Below, piece after piece: positions 25,786-40,544 of a stretch of 64,000 bases of DNA. Below the pieces are notes generated by a model. That model was not told where the DNA came from. It saw nothing but the letters and a program-made list of their open reading frames with translations, and searched no databases. Made by a program: the position numbers and the translations under genes. Source of the DNA: Camelus ferus (lineage: Eukaryota); assembly GCF_009834535.1 (NCBI RefSeq), contig NC_045696.1, forward strand, positions 70,248,001-70,312,000, in the 5' to 3' direction. Position 1 is the stretch's first letter, and every line of letters begins with the position of its first letter.

Positions 25786-26578
25786 TAGGTTTTGGAAGAA
25801 TCCTGGCTTGACCATTCCCTATCCATGTAATCTTAAGAGGATACTTTAACTTCCTTGATGTCAATTTTCCCATCTGTAAAATGGAAAGAATACCTTCTTT
25901 GAGAGCTCACAAGTTACCATGAAGAATAAATGTGAGTGCTTTCTAAATGAAAGTGTATAGAAAGCCCTAATCACATTTATGTGTCTACTCATAGACACTG
26001 ATGTTCACATAGGGTGCATTATATCCAGATCTAATTTAGAAAGTATAATATAAACTAGAATTAGAACCAGAATTTTCAAGGAAACATGTCAAGTTTTAGT
26101 TTGGAAATGACTGAATTTTTCATTTCCTAGGTATTAAGATATTAGCTTCAAATAGAAGTTATTCTCTTTCAATAGAGAATGTGAACAATGCAACACTAGA
26201 AAACATTTGGAGACTCTGGATTTGCGAAATACCATAAGAAATAGGAAGATATTTCCAACTGAAGTAAGGTTGGAAGAAAGAGCATATATATAACTCTTTA
26301 CTCCAAACAGGTATAACTAGTATGAGACCTTGGTTCAGTCACTTTACTTCTCTGTGCCTTAGTTTCCTTATAAATGTATTTAAAACAGTATCTACCACAT
26401 GGTGGTATGGTGAAGATTAGATAAATTAAGGCATAAAATGTGCTTAGAACACTCATAGACATGGTAATAAATGTGAGCTATGTTATTATTCCCATATCTG
26501 ACTTCTCAGTAGAAGAGGAGGATTGAGTAAAAATAAGATGAGGATCTTGGTAATAGACTATATCACAAAGAATGGACA

Positions 26579-26735
26579 GGGGGAGGGTATAGCTCAGTGG
26601 TAGAGTTCACACACAGCATGTGTGAAGTCCTAGTTTCAATCCCTAGTAGCTCTGTTTAAATAAACAAACAAACAAACAAACAAAGAAATCTACCTCCTTT
26701 CATAAGAAATACATTTAAAAACAAAACAAAACAAA
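26579..26735 (+). mobile_element. tRNA-derived SINE (camelid vic-1-like)
   Basis: ggggagggtatagctcagtggtagag head; TSD acaaagaatgg(a/g)ca at 26565-26578 and 26736-26749. Confidence 0.9.
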
Positions 26736-26989
26736 ACAAAGAATGGGCAATACAATAAAAGGAGCACAAGCTTTAGAATCAAAGACCTGAGTCTGAATCC
26801 CAGCTGTACCACATATAAGCAATATGCCTTGTACAAATTAATTTTTATTCATTCATGCAGCAACTGTTCAATTTTTTCTCATGTGCTGGACCCTGTTATA
26901 GATAGCAGGCCTATAGCAGCAAATCAAACCAACAAAAACTCCTGCCCTCATGGAAATTATATAGATAAAACAATAACAATAATTATCAC

Positions 26990-27075
26990 TATCATATTTC
27001 ATCAATTCAAAAATGCACTTTTTTCCACATCTCTGAAATCGGAATGCCTCTTACATTCATTGTGAGTCATGGCTT
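26990..27075. mobile_element. Tc2-type DNA transposon fragment (MER104/Kanga-like)
   Basis: catatttcatcaattcaaaaatgcac...catctctgaaatcggaatgcctcttaca resembles the recalled MER104 terminus. Confidence 0.5.
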
Positions 27076-27094
27076 GATTGACAGTGTTTTCCCT

Positions 27095-27488
27095 TGTTTC
27101 TATGGGTTAGCAATTTGGAAACAAGTTAGTTGGGTTCTAGTTCAAGGTTTCTCATGAGGTTGCAGTCAAGACACTGACTGGGGCTGGAGGATCTGCTTCC
27201 AGGATGGCTCACTTACATGCTGACTGTTGGCAGGGGGTTTCATTTCCTCTTCCACGTGCAGCTGTCTGCGTGTCCTCATGACACGGAAGCTGGCTTCCTC
27301 CAGAGTGAGTGATCCAAGAGAGCTTGCGAGAGCAGCAATGTCTTTATGACCTAGCTTTGGAGTCCCATGCCATCTTTTCTGAACTGTCCTATTGATTATA
27401 CAGGTCTACCCTATTCATCCTGGGAGCGGGGCTTGAATTCCCAGAAGTCAAACACACGGAGGGGTCTCTTTGGGGACTAGCTACCACA
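27095..27488 (-). mobile_element. MaLR MLT1 LTR fragment
   Basis: gggctggaggatctgcttccaggatggctcact...ctggcttcctccagagtgag...ctaccaca. Confidence 0.7.
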
Positions 27489-27554
27489 ACTATATACTTT
27501 TATTAAACTCCATGGCTACCTATTACATAAGTAGTGTATATAGTAGCTTAGATG

Positions 27555-28335
27555 GAGGTAAGTGCTAAGGAGAAAGCAGAAAGGGGAAATTTAAAATGAT
27601 AGGGGTTAGGGGCAGGAGTAATATTTTGGGTAGAATAGTTAGGAATGGCTTTCTTGCAAAATGAATCTGAGTGAAGACCTGAAGGAGGGAGGAAGCTTGT
27701 TGTGCCAATATCTGGAGGAAGATACTCCACATGGAGAAAATACCAAATACAAAGCCCTGAGGCAGGGGCATACTTGGAAATTTCCAAGAACAGCAAGAAA
27801 GTCAATGCAGCTAGAGTAAAGAGAAGAGTAGTAGGCGGTGAAGTCACATCATGTAAGGCCTTGAAGATTATAGAAATAACTTTGGCTTTTCTTCTGAATT
27901 GGAGTGTTCAGAGCAGAGGAGTAACATGCTCTCATCTATGTTTTTTAAAGGATTGCTCTGGCTATTGACAATATATTAATTGGAGGTAGGGGCAGAAATA
28001 GGGAGACGGATTAGAAGGCTGCCATAATAATCCAAGGCAGAGATGACGAGAGTTTAGACCTGAGTGATAGCAAGTAAATGATAAGACATGGTCAAATTTG
28101 GATATATTTTGAGCCAACAGGATTTTTGACAGATCAAATCTGCGATGTCAGAGAAAGAGGAAAGTGAAGGATGATTCTAATGGCCTGAGCAGCCGGAAGG
28201 ATGGCGCCATTACTGAGATGGGGATTTCTGCTGGTAGAGCTTAGTTTTGGACAAGTTAAGAGAGGCCTTTTATACATCTAAGTGGAGATATCAAGTAGAT
28301 AGTTGGATAGACTGGCCTGGAATTTAGAAGGGAAG
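27555..28335 (-). mobile_element. L2 LINE fragment
   Basis: Purine-rich antisense L2 motifs (aagacctgaagga; ttttaaaggattgctctggct; gtcaaatttggatatattttg). Confidence 0.75.
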
Positions 28336-28469
28336 TCATCTGGACACCTCTCAGCCTTCATTTTCTCATCAGTAAAACAATCACATAGTTGTTTTAAGAA
28401 ATAATGAAATTACATGACATACCTCTGGTATAGTACCTGTCACACAGAAGTCATTTTATAAGTGGTAAC

Positions 28470-28906
28470 TGTGATAGGCATAATAATGCCCCCCTCTAAG
28501 ATGTCCACATCCTAATCCTTAGAACCTGTGAATATATTACCTTACATTCAAAAGGGACTTTGCGGACATGATTCAATTAAGGATCTTAAGATGGAAGATT
28601 ACTTTGAATTTTCTAGCTGGGCCCAGTTTATCACAGGGGTGCTTAGAAGAGGAAAGCAGGAGGTCAGAGAGGAGAGAAGATGCTATACAGCTGACTTTGA
28701 AGTTGGAGGAAGAGGACTCAAGCCAAGAATTGTAGGCAGCCTCTAGAGGCTAGAAAAGCCAAGGAAATGGATTCTCTCTCAGAGCCTCCAGAAGGAACAC
28801 AGTTTTGCTGACCTAGTTTAGACTTCTGACATCCTAAACTAACATAATAAATGTGTGCTGTTTTAAGAGGCAGTGTTTATAGTAATTTGTTTAGGAAACT
28901 AATGCA
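28470..28906 (+). mobile_element. MaLR MLT1 solo LTR
   Basis: TG...CA ends (tgtgataggc...aaactaatgca) with typical MLT1 motifs (aaggaaatggattctct...agagcctccagaaggaac). Confidence 0.85.
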
Positions 28907-30344
28907 GAAGCCATCAATAATGATGATATTAAGATTCTTGCTTTTGGAAAACATTATAAGAAAGGATGCTAAAAAAAATTGCTACTGAGGGTTGAAGAAT
29001 CCCTACTGATGTTAACGAGGAAAATAACACCAGCTCTGTAGGCACTGCCCCCATAGGAAATTGTAAGTAAATTTAGATTAAACGAATATGTAAATAGCAA
29101 CCTTTTCTGATCTTCTAAAAACCATAAGAGAGGTGATTCTGGAAAGTGAAGCAATTACAACAGTAACCACTGCTTCTCCACATTTCCCTTAAAATGCCAC
29201 CCAAAACCAACCAGATCTTTAGCAGTAACTAAAAGATAGGCTTGAGCACATTGCAGTTCATTCCCTGATGTTCTCTGCCCAATCAAATGATAAGGACTTC
29301 AGTGCCCTGCTCTTCCTTCTGCTGTTATTTTCAAGGTCCTGTCTTCCGTGTTCACTGAACAGCCTAGGAAGCCTCTGCTCTGTTCTCATAGAGCTTTGCC
29401 TCAGCCCCATGAGTTTATGGTCATCCCCAGGACAGGGATGCCTTTGGACTCTTGACTTTGATGAGGTACCTCTTACCACTCAGAACACTGGGGTAGAAGT
29501 TGGGAGTGGCATCTTTATCCTGCCTGCCTTTCAGATTTAGGTCCAGGTGGGTTTTCTCTATGTTTGAACAAGATGTTAAGGGTGAGTTTTAGCACCCAGG
29601 GCTTCCAGTCAACAATAATAAATATCAACAAATATCATTTCATGACCAAAACAAATAAATGGACCAAAAGAAAAACACCTTTAACACTCAACTTAACACC
29701 TATGAAAATATTCTGTGACATTAGAAACATAAATGTGAGTCTACTGAAACAGATTAAAGAAAACAAAAGTTTTAGAAAACTCACAATATTCTAAATTAGA
29801 CAGTATTTTATTTGTTAAATAAGAATACCCTGTTTAAAATCAAAACCTTAGCCAAAATAATTTTTGAAGCAATTTTTAAAAAAGACTCAATAGAACAGAC
29901 AACTGAATCAGCAACTTGGAGGAAAAATAGAGACACATTTATAGAATTCAGAAGAGTTTATCAAAAAGATACATAAAATGTAAATGAAGGCAGCAGACAG
30001 GGAAGGTCTATAATAGAGGTCTCTGCTATGAATAATAAAAGCTCCAAGAGCACAAAGCAAAAAGGGGAGAAGCCGTAACCAAAGGAAAATATATGTGAAA
30101 GAATCAGAGATTGTATTTAACAACCACATCATTTTCCTGGAAAAACTGATGAGATGTTAATGCCTTGTATAAAGATTTTAAACTTCCAGAAAATAGAATC
30201 CTGTGAGCTTCCAAAGGATAAAAACAAAACACAACAAAATGTTACTCTCAAAATAGCTAAAATCACCCCAGTCACAAATAAAGTCTAAATGTATGGAACA
30301 TTCATATGCTGGGATGTTATATAGTCTTTAAATATGGTCTAAGT

Positions 30345-30867
30345 CAGGAGTTCTTAAAGTGTGGCCCATGGACTCCTAGGTGTACCTAAGACCATTGTGG
30401 CAGTCCATGAAGTCAGAACCATTTTCTTAATAATAAGACGTTACTTGCCCTTTCCACTCCCATTCTCTCACAAATATACGGTGGAATTTTCCAGAGGTTA
30501 TTGTATGCCATGTGATACCAAAACATTTTGAATGCAGAAGTGGAAATGAGAATCCAGCTGTCTTCTGCTAAGCAAGACATTAAAGAAATTTGCAGAAATA
30601 TAACAATGATACTCCTCTCACTAAATTTTTAAAAATTTGAAAATATAGTTATTTTGCATAAAAATTTATTTATGCTAACATATAATAGGTTTATCATTGT
30701 TCTTTGAAAATGATTTAATAAAGATACATTTTTAAAGTTCTCAGTTTTGATTTCAAATATAGTAAATAGTGATAGACATAGCCCTCATAAACAAAAGCTC
30801 TCTGGTATATTCTATAATTTTTAAGAGTACAAGGGGGTCCTAAGGTTAAAAGGTTTGAGAACTGCTA
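30345..30867. mobile_element. hAT-Charlie DNA transposon (Charlie1-like)
   Basis: Ends caggagttcttaaagtgtgg and aaaggtttgagaactgct; internal atgagaatccagctgtcttct motif. Confidence 0.7.
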
Positions 30868-30970
30868 ATCAAAATACTTATTATTTTGACACAGAAACCA
30901 CAATACAACACTGTGCACACATGGTCCAAATTAGAAAATAATATGAGTTTATATTATTATTAATGTACAA

Positions 30971-31034
30971 TTACTAATATATAATTTACATAGTTACTAA
31001 TATATAATTTACATAGTTACTAATATATAATTTA
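30971..31034. repeat. 23-bp tandem repeat, about 2.8 copies
   Basis: ttactaatatataatttacatag repeated exactly. Confidence 0.95.
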
Positions 31035-33549
31035 AAGTGTAAAATGGCTTCCCCCCCTTAAGTGGGGAGGTGTATAAATCCTATACAGCATGAAAGAGAA
31101 GTTAGAAAAACTAAATTTCTTGTCTTCAAAAAGTTAAATTAGAAATTGCTTTAATTTACAAAGGTACAAGTACATTTTAAGAATGTGAACTATTTTAAGT
31201 ACCTAATGTAGAATTCATAAGAGGATGCTTACAATCAATCCAACATCCTACAGAAACTCAAAGCACATTAGAAGGTTCGTTCTTCAAAGGACAAAATAGA
31301 AAGGAGGCAAAGAAGCATAAAATATAGAGGGCAGTCATAATTGTGTGAAATGAGTCTGTAAATTCTAAGATTTACAGAAATTAAAGCATGTGGGGAATAT
31401 TCAGGAACTGTGTGTTCCTGTTTTCAGTATTAAGCATGAAAGGCAAAAGTATCTTGGGGGAAATCAGGAAGGAATCTGGCTTCTTTGACAAAAAGAAATA
31501 AAATGAACTAAGATTGGCCTTTCCCAAAGCACTGCTGCTTATAGAAATATCACTGTTTTTAACATGATGAAGAGAAGAGGTAAAAACAGTAAGAATATGA
31601 TGGATTTTGATTTGCATAGAAAAGGTCACAGTGAATTAGAAGAAAGCTAACATTAGAATCATACACCTTTCTTTTTAAGTAGTCTGTACAACTTTAGGGG
31701 GACTTTAAAATGCAATCTGGAAAGGGTTCCATGTAGAAAAATTTTTTCTAAAGATTGGAAGAGAAGCAACAAAGAAAAAGAAAAAACTGAGATCACCCAG
31801 CTTGGAGAAGAAAAGTCTCAACTTCAGTTAACTCTGGGTCTCTTTACAGTAGATCTAGGCAGGGCTCTTATTAGATTGGACAGTGGTCATCATCTACACT
31901 GACAGCCATACTAGAAAGAACAAGTTTAAATCTCAGTATGAAGATTTGGGTTGGATATACAGAGCTGTGTCTTTAGGTCCTTGAAACAGAATAAAAGTAC
32001 CCAGAATCTCTGACTCCATAAGAACAGTAGTGGTACTCCCAACTTTTGTGAAATCCAGGTCAGAAGGAATCATTTCAGCTAAAGGAATTTTCAGTCTATC
32101 TTGTGGGCATCTCATCTTTCCCCTGCTCAGCTGCCCCAAAGATCCTTTTTAGTACCCAAGTTTTTACATTCCACTCTGTGTCCTCTTGGACCCCTTAACT
32201 GGGAAGTCTGATTCACTCATCCCTCACTCAGGTGATTTTATACACAGGAGACTTCACCCTTGAAGCCACTCACCTACTCCTCACTGCCCTTCTTATCCCA
32301 GGAGGATATCTGGAAGCCTGTTTTCAAAGGCACTTCTAGAAAACTGCACAAATACTGCTGTTACAGAGTAACCCCTGCCAAAAAATCATTGTCTACCTGA
32401 TCTAGAAAACCCATTTGTAGCTCCCTGAAGCACTAACAAGAACCAGGAATGGAGAGTTTGTCTCAGAGGTGGCATCCACCAACACTGTGTAAGAACAGCG
32501 AGGCCTGTGGAATTGTTGCCAGCAAGACTGATTGGGTGACTGCTCTTCAGAAGCCAAGATGGTGCTGGCAGGCAGGCAAGCAATGTGTCATTGTCTCTTT
32601 CCTTCTGACCCTGTGGTGAGGGATGATTATATCCCTTAATCTCCTACCCCAGAATATGCAGATCAAATTACATATTTAGACCTGTTGAAGAACTCAGGAG
32701 TAATGCAAATCCTTATCAAACTTCTGTAACCCCCTAGAGCTTCCTTTCTACACTGGAGGCTGCTGGTGCCACCACCACCACCAGACACTAGATGTTACCA
32801 CCTGTGAAGTAAGTGAGATTTAAGCTGTTGCTCTTGCTTAGTGTCACTGACTCCAGCTAAAAACTCCATTTGCCAACTCGGGGTCATGGGCCACACCCTA
32901 GTACCATGTCTGAAGGAACAATTGTCTGGTCATCTCTGCTTCCTTTTTAGCTCCAAAGCTCACATGTTTGCAATTCCATGAACTAAGAGGGGGTTGAGAT
33001 GCTGGGTAGTGAAAATATGGCAGAGGTCTACCCCATTTCTCCTGTGAAATTTGGATTATAACATGTAATATCAACTAAATCAATAATTCTTTCCCCTTGT
33101 CTGTCCACCTGTTATTTATGTTTGAGGACTGTAATCAGTGGCGACCCCTGGTGTCTGTTGGTGTAAGGATAGTACTGCTCTGCTGTCACTACCTGTATTA
33201 TTTTTATCTCTACTATTGTCAAAAAATCAATCCTTCCTTATGCATTATATAGAGATTTATAAAGCACTTTATAGAGAGTTATAGAATATAAGGAAAATGT
33301 ATTATTTTCACTTACTACTCAGAATTTAGTAGGTAAGCACAATTATTTCCATTCACTAACAAAGAAATTCTAGTCCTAGTGCAATTCTTTATGGTCACAC
33401 AAATAGTACAAGGCAGAGCCAGAACTTGAATCCAAGTTACCTGATTATCTCTGCAGTAATGTTTCCACTATAATAGTCAGTGTGTTATTTATTTATTTAA
33501 TAATAGATGTTTATATCCAGGACAGGTGAGCTTTCCTGTGAGAGAGTGA

Positions 33550-33759
<210 letters not shown>

Positions 33760-35100
33760 TAATAAGGAACTCCTTAAATATGGTACATCCAAATAGAATA
33801 TAATACAATTTTAAAATGAATGAGAAACTCTATGTATTGACATGGTATGAATGCCACCGTATGTTGTATTAAGTGAAAAAAGCGTCATTGTATATAGTGG
33901 TTCAACATTTGTATAACAAGAAAGGGAGTGTGGGATTTAATGTCTGTATAGGGAGAATGTATATATGTAACTGTCTGTGTATAAGATACTTCAGTAAGGA
34001 TTCACAAGAAAGGGTTAATGGTTGCCTCTGGGAATGGGGCTGGTCAGCCAGCGGAAGGAGTTAGAAGGAGACTTCCCTCTTTATTCTTCCGTACCTTTTG
34101 AATTTTTATTGAATGAATGTATTTTCTATTAAGAAACATAATTAAAATTTAAGAAAAACCAAGCAAACACACATTTAAGCAGACAGAAGACAGGCTGTAG
34201 AATTGACCATAATAAAGCCGTGGTTCTGTCTCAGAGAGCTACGTTTTCTCTCACTGATTTTTCACTTTATGGAGTTATGACATTCCTTTAAGAGTTCTTG
34301 GGAGTGGCATTCCTACATGTTTTTCTTTCTTTCTTTTTTAACTGTTTCTTTTCAATTTATGGAGGTTGGCAGCAAGATGGAGAGGGTTAAAGAGTGTCAG
34401 AAAAAAAATAATTGGAAGGAATGTTGGGTCACAGGCAGAGCAAGTGTTCATCTCCCGGTTGGTGGTAGGTAATGGCTCAGTGGCATTCAAAGGTTTCTTT
34501 TGAAAAAGTCATTCTTTTGTCCACCCTGGCAGGGACCAAACACTTCCCTAAAATAATCTTTCTTTTTGTGGCTCTAGCTAGTTGCTGTTTCATTGCAATA
34601 GTAAGTGGAGAGGCCAGGGACTATGGGGAGAAAATACTGGTGGGTCTAAAGAGAGTTAGCAAGTCTTTACCCAAATAGGAACGAGTTTCCTGCTCTCTTT
34701 CTCTGCTTTCTGGATAATCTTCACCATGGTTTCATCACTGGTTTCATTGTGCCTCCTGGGAGGGCTTATTGCTTTGTTAGAAGTCACTTGGCCTACAGCC
34801 TAGGCTATTTGCATTTGGAGGTCCCTGAACGGTTTCTATCATATACACCTATGATTTTAGTTTGTAAAGGGCCTGATTTCAACAGGAAGATCTTTAACTG
34901 ATTTCCTGAGATTCAGATTTGAGTTAAGTATTTCAAGAGATAGATGAGGACCATGGTCTGGTACACTTATAAAATGATCTGTTTTAATTATTAAAAATTA
35001 TTTAGTTCTTAAAATCAGTTTATAATTTAAAATGTATGCATTAAATTATTATTTTTTAATTTATAAATGGTTTACTCAGTTTCAGCAGTATTACACAGTT

Positions 35101-35119
35101 TGTCCACTTGGTGGCAGCC
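35101..35119 (+). promoter_or_regulatory. Candidate CTCF site in intron 5
   Basis: TGTCCACTTGGTGGCAGCC, one mismatch to the core consensus. Confidence 0.45.
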
Positions 35120-36754
35120 AAATCTTGAGGAGGAATCATTGGCTTTAAAATTTGGTACTTCACCTGTTAACAGCAGGGGAATGGTTCTGGGCTTTGGATA
35201 ATTATGTATAACTATTTTAAATTATAATCATGAAAACTTTGTAGAAATGTAAAACTGTGGTATAAAAATGTCAAAATACAAATTTACGTATATTCTATGA
35301 TTATAACTACATAGGATATTTTGAATACAGACAAAAAATTAAAGAAAATACACAAAAATGAAAAGTTGTTTCCCCCCACAATTTCTGAAGTGATTTTTGC
35401 TATTGTTTTGATTTTTTCCAGCTTGAGGTATAATTCTTAAATACCTTTAAACTTGATTAATATAAAACTGTTTGTGATTTGGAAGACACTAATTTTTGCC
35501 AAACAAATTAGCAAAGATAGAAAAAATAATGTGGGATTGAATTTAAATAAGCTTTTCAACAGCTTGTAGTATATCCTGTCTAGAGGGCAACTGGGCAATC
35601 ATGTACTGAGGCTTATTCCTACCTTTTGACTTAGTATTTTTATTTTTAGGAATTTATCAAGGGGAAATAATCACAGAAGTACTCAAAGATCTGTATACAG
35701 TGATACTCACTGAAGCTTTATTTGTCATTGTAAAATGTTGGAAACAACTCAAATATGTAATTTTAAGGGATTAGGTATGTAAAAGATGATAGATCTCAAT
35801 GAAGCAACCCCTTTCAGCCATTAAAACTTCCATTTTTAAAGAAAATCAAAAAACTTGGAAAAATGTTTACATGCAATATTAAGTAGGAAAAACAACCAGA
35901 TAGGAAATTGCACACATATATGTATGTGTAAATATGCATATTTACATATGGAAAAAGACTACAAGGAAATATAACAGAATTTTTAACTGTAGTTGTATTT
36001 GGGTGGTAGGTAGTGAAGATTTTTGATTAAAAAAATGTTTATCTTTTCTTAATATCTGAGTCATTAAATTTACCCAAGGGAAAAAGGGATGCCTGGCCAG
36101 TGTGGAATGGGTACAGTCTGGTAGAGAAATAGGTTTAGGACTGGGTGTCAGGAGACCTGGATTATAGTTTCAACCTATAGCTATATGAACCTTAATAAGT
36201 CAGCTTTGGGGGGCTTTATTTTCTTCATCAGTAAAAGGAAAAGTTTCAACAAAATTAGTTGGTTTCATACCCTGTTCTAAGAATCTATGGACTCCAGTTT
36301 TTGTTCTTGCTACAACTTGGGCAACTCCACTTTGTCTCTTTTAGTATTTAGGGCTTAGAATGCCAAGGAAAATTATGGGACTTTTATGGGGTTTTTTCTC
36401 TTTTTTTCTTTTTTTCAATGAGTTCCACTGTTTGGAATCCTATGATTTCTTGGTACTGCTTTGCAATAGATAATGCTAGAGACACAAGGTAGAGAAATAG
36501 GGCAGATCAATGAAGGACTAGCTCAGGGAATCTTATCTACATTTACATTTACTGTCTTACAGAATGCATAGTTTAGCTAGGTTTATTTATGTTGCATTTC
36601 ATTTTCACTTGCGGTCTTGTGCTTTTCTTTTCTTTTTATGTTCCTCCACTTTTCTCTTCTTTTTTTTTTTCTTTATTTGCTTTTAAATATAGATATTAGA
36701 ATGTTATTTGGCAGGACAAAATTGATGAATTGATTTGAATAGGCTCCACAAATA

Positions 36755-36960
36755 TCTGTTATAAAAATGTATACGTATTATAATAAATATTATAAATAGA
36801 TGTACAACATATAAATGTTATAGATACTTATTATAAATAAATAATATATAAATATTATAGATACTTATAAATAGGTAATAAATATTTATATAAATATTCA
36901 ATATATAAATATAATATAAAGTATATTTTATATCATTAAGATATATTATATTAAATATAT
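36755..36960. repeat. AT-rich low-complexity or degenerate tandem repeat
   Basis: Repeated ataaatattataga/tacttata units, almost entirely A/T. Confidence 0.85.
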
Positions 36961-37014
36961 GTTCATTTACCAGTCTCTAGTTATGTGAAGCTAGTGCAAT
37001 GATCTTGATCTAGA

Positions 37015-37188
37015 GGAATGATTCTCAAACTTAACTCTGCCTCGCAAAGCTCTGTTGAAACAGATAGTGGGACCCCATTCATTAGTTTCTGATTCAGTAC
37101 ATCTGGGGTGCGGCCCAATTTGCAATTCTAACAAGTTCCTAGGTGGTGTTGATGTTGTATTCTGGGGAGCACACTTTGAGAACCACTG
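37015..37188. mobile_element. MER5A-like hAT MITE
   Basis: Inverted ends (g)aatgattctcaaact ... actttgagaaccactg, about 175 bp. Confidence 0.8.
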
Positions 37189-40100
37189 ATGTACAGGGAA
37201 CAAGGAAGGGTAGGAATGGAGATAACTTTTCCTAGTTTTGACTTTTTATACCTCGCATGTGAACACTACCTATAGTCTTAAAGATATTACTAAATCAGTT
37301 ATGAAAGGCATGGTTAAAAAACATACATGTATGGTTGCACACTTCGTGATTGTACCAACAACTACTGAATTACAAACTTTAAAATGGTGATTTTTATAGT
37401 ATGTGAATTGTATCTCAATTTAAAAAATACATATAAAATTTTTGAGTTATCTTTTTCATTTGTAAAAATAGTCCATTAATTCAGCCTATTCCCACCTCCA
37501 TCACTACCCCCCCACTGCTGAAATATTGACTTTAAAATTGGAAAAGATTAAGAACATTCTTTAGTTTCCACATCCAATAGGAAAGTTGAGAAGGAAGGAA
37601 ATTTTCAATGGTCAGTGTTGCAATCAGCAGTTTTGGAGCCAGTTAGGGGTGGGAGGGGATTGTAGGAGGTTAACATATATATATCTAAAAATGTGATTTG
37701 GGAAATAGCTGCAAATTTCTCTGCAAACCTAACACACATCCTAGAGAGTTGACTGTGGAAGTTAATTAGCTTCATGCATCTTAATGCTCTTGTTATATGA
37801 AGCTTTTCAGACTACCTCAGTGCAATAGATTTAGCAGAGCAATTCAGAGTTACTTGGCCAAACCAGATTGCTTTGGCTAAACTGGGGAGGGGAGGGTCCT
37901 GTAAAATGCTATTTATTTGCATTTGGCCAGCAGCCTGCTTGTTCCCAAACTGAGGAAGAACTCCTTGTTCCCTCGTGCATGACTCTGGCATAAAGCTGAA
38001 AATGTGTTCTGTTAGTCAAAGATGGGCACTGGGGACGTTCAACTGGGAGCCTCAACTCAGGAACCCAGTACTCTGTTTCTGTCCCTATAATGAACCCTGG
38101 TCCTGTTACTGTGACTGCACTGGGCTATGTTAGCCATTTTTAGCAACTCTTGTTCTGCCCAAAGACCTTGATCTGTTTGTTCATTTGGATTTTGTGGCTT
38201 AAAAAAAAAATCTCAGTGGTTTCATCTGTCTTTCTCTTCATTTTATCTTTTGCTCTTTGTAATTTATTTTTACTCTCTGTGAACATTTATATAAACATGT
38301 TTCACAAGAACAGAGTGACACTGCCTTACCTAGGAGGCCTAAGCACATGTCTAAATTGGCCTTCCTTTTCATATACCCAGGTTCTTTGGGGACCCCCTCA
38401 AGCCTGGGAAAGTGCAGTTATTCTGTCTGTCCTTTGCAGAGTGTCTGTAACAGACAGAGCTTACCATTTACCAGAGTTAGAGAAGAAAGAGTCCTTTAGG
38501 TCTTAGGAAACAATTTCTGTAAACTGCACATTGTGTCTCTTTTTATCCTAGGCAGGGAAAATCTATTCGTATCAGTTTACCAGAAAGGAAAGAGGGAAAA
38601 TAATCACCTGCTTTTCTTCCTTTGGACATGTGATTCACTTATTTTTTTAATTAAAACTTGAATATTCTTTTGCCTTAGAAAACTTCAAAAGATTAAGAAA
38701 ATTATGTGAATGGGTCAGGGAAAAAATTCAATTATGAGCATATTTGAATCATTAATTAGTTCTTTTTCCAATTTTCCTGGGCAGCTAATGCTGGTGCTGA
38801 CCTGCCCACACTTGCCTCTCTTGTTACGTAGGTACAACTGAGTGACTTTAAAACCAAGACTCTAAAACTACCAAGTATATAAGAAATAGATGTTGAAAAC
38901 ACCATACCTGTAGACCCAAAGGGGAAATTCTGAATGTATTTTGTAGTAATAAAATGAAGTTGTAAGATAATAGCATCCCTCAGTTACAGCCACAGCACAA
39001 AAAGGATAGGAAATTGATCAGGGCAAAGCCTTGATCAAAAACTTTCCAGGGGATGTGCTTAGCTTGGCCCTAGGCTGGTCTGGACTGGTGCTATACATGG
39101 CTCCCAAAATGTCCATCTGCAGTCTGAGAGGTTCTGAGTATCCCCAGAATACTAGGGTTATGACAGTTGGCTAAAATTACTGCACACCATTAAGCTTTAT
39201 TTCTTTTCTTTTTCTTCCTCCTTTTTTTTTTTTCTTTCTCTTCTCTTTTCAATCTCTTGCCCAGGGCAAAATTGCCAAAAGCTACAGCTGTCTTGGATAC
39301 AGTGATTGACATAATGCTGTGTTCTTGGACCTCCCAAAGGCTATACTTCAAGATCAACTGTTGAATTTTTTAAAAAGTAGTCATGCCCAGGCCCCACCCC
39401 TAAAGATTCTTAACTGAGTCCACAATGTGGCACGAACATCCAAACTTTTTAAACTCTCAGATAACTCTGATGAGCGCTATTGGTATAGAGAATCAGCCCC
39501 CGTCATGGTGGGGATGGTGGTAGTGTCACAAGGCCAGAGATCCAGCTCTAAGCTATCCCAAGCCCATCTATGCCCTGTCCCCAGCATAGATTGCACCAGC
39601 CACCTGTTGTCTGATGCCACGACACTGACAGCTCGGCCTCCCTTTCTCATCCACTTGGTCCCCCACCCACTTGTCCTCTTCTCCCCACTGTGTGCTCTTG
39701 TCTTCCTTTTGGGTCACCAGGAAATTAAATCAGCTGTAGACCCTGGAAAGGTCTCCATCCTTCTCTGCTGAGTCTGCCTTCCTGTAAATTGAGGATTGGA
39801 TAACTCATTGGATAACTGAACAAGTAATTGGTAGCCTGTTGGATAAGATTCATGTTTTTCCAACAATAGTGGGGTGAACAGGGACCACATGCTGCTCATC
39901 ACCGTCTTGCCTCCTTTCCTGAATCCTATTCTCACATCATATGGGAAAGCATTAATTTTAAAAATCCATTCTTTTCAATTCTACTTAGTAACAAACATTA
40001 AGGAAATATTCTTGCCTCCTAGGCTAAAAGAAAGAAAGTTGAGATTATACAGTGCCTTAGAGATATAGTTCTTCCGTGTGCACATGGTTACATCCATGCC

Positions 40101-40544
40101 TTACTTAATCTCTTGTGTATATACAGTAACATCCCTATGCCAGACAGGCTCACATTCATCTATCTTTTTATAGTGAAACTGCTTTATAAGCTCTGGTAGG
40201 TTTTCTAATTAACTTAGGTGTAAACATTTTTGATATAGTGCTTTATTTTTGAAGAAATTGTCATACTTTTTAGAAATTAATTTCTGGAATACTACTTTAG
40301 AAAATAGTTTTGATCATGTAATTTGTTAAACATTCTTATATACAAACTTTAAAATATAGGACCACAAGGATTCTGGTTAGAAATTCACATATAATATATG
40401 GAAAATATTTATTTTATGCTATTAAATATTTATATCCAGGGATATAGGGTCACTCTTTATTAAGGTGCTATTTTACATTCCTCAATAAAATGTTATATAG
40501 ACCTTAAAAGTCTTTTACCTTTCTATTTTGTTTGTTTGTTTGTT

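Noticed and set aside
30971..31034. Direct repeats as a possible CRISPR array
   Set aside because: No spacers, no cas genes, and a eukaryotic intron context.
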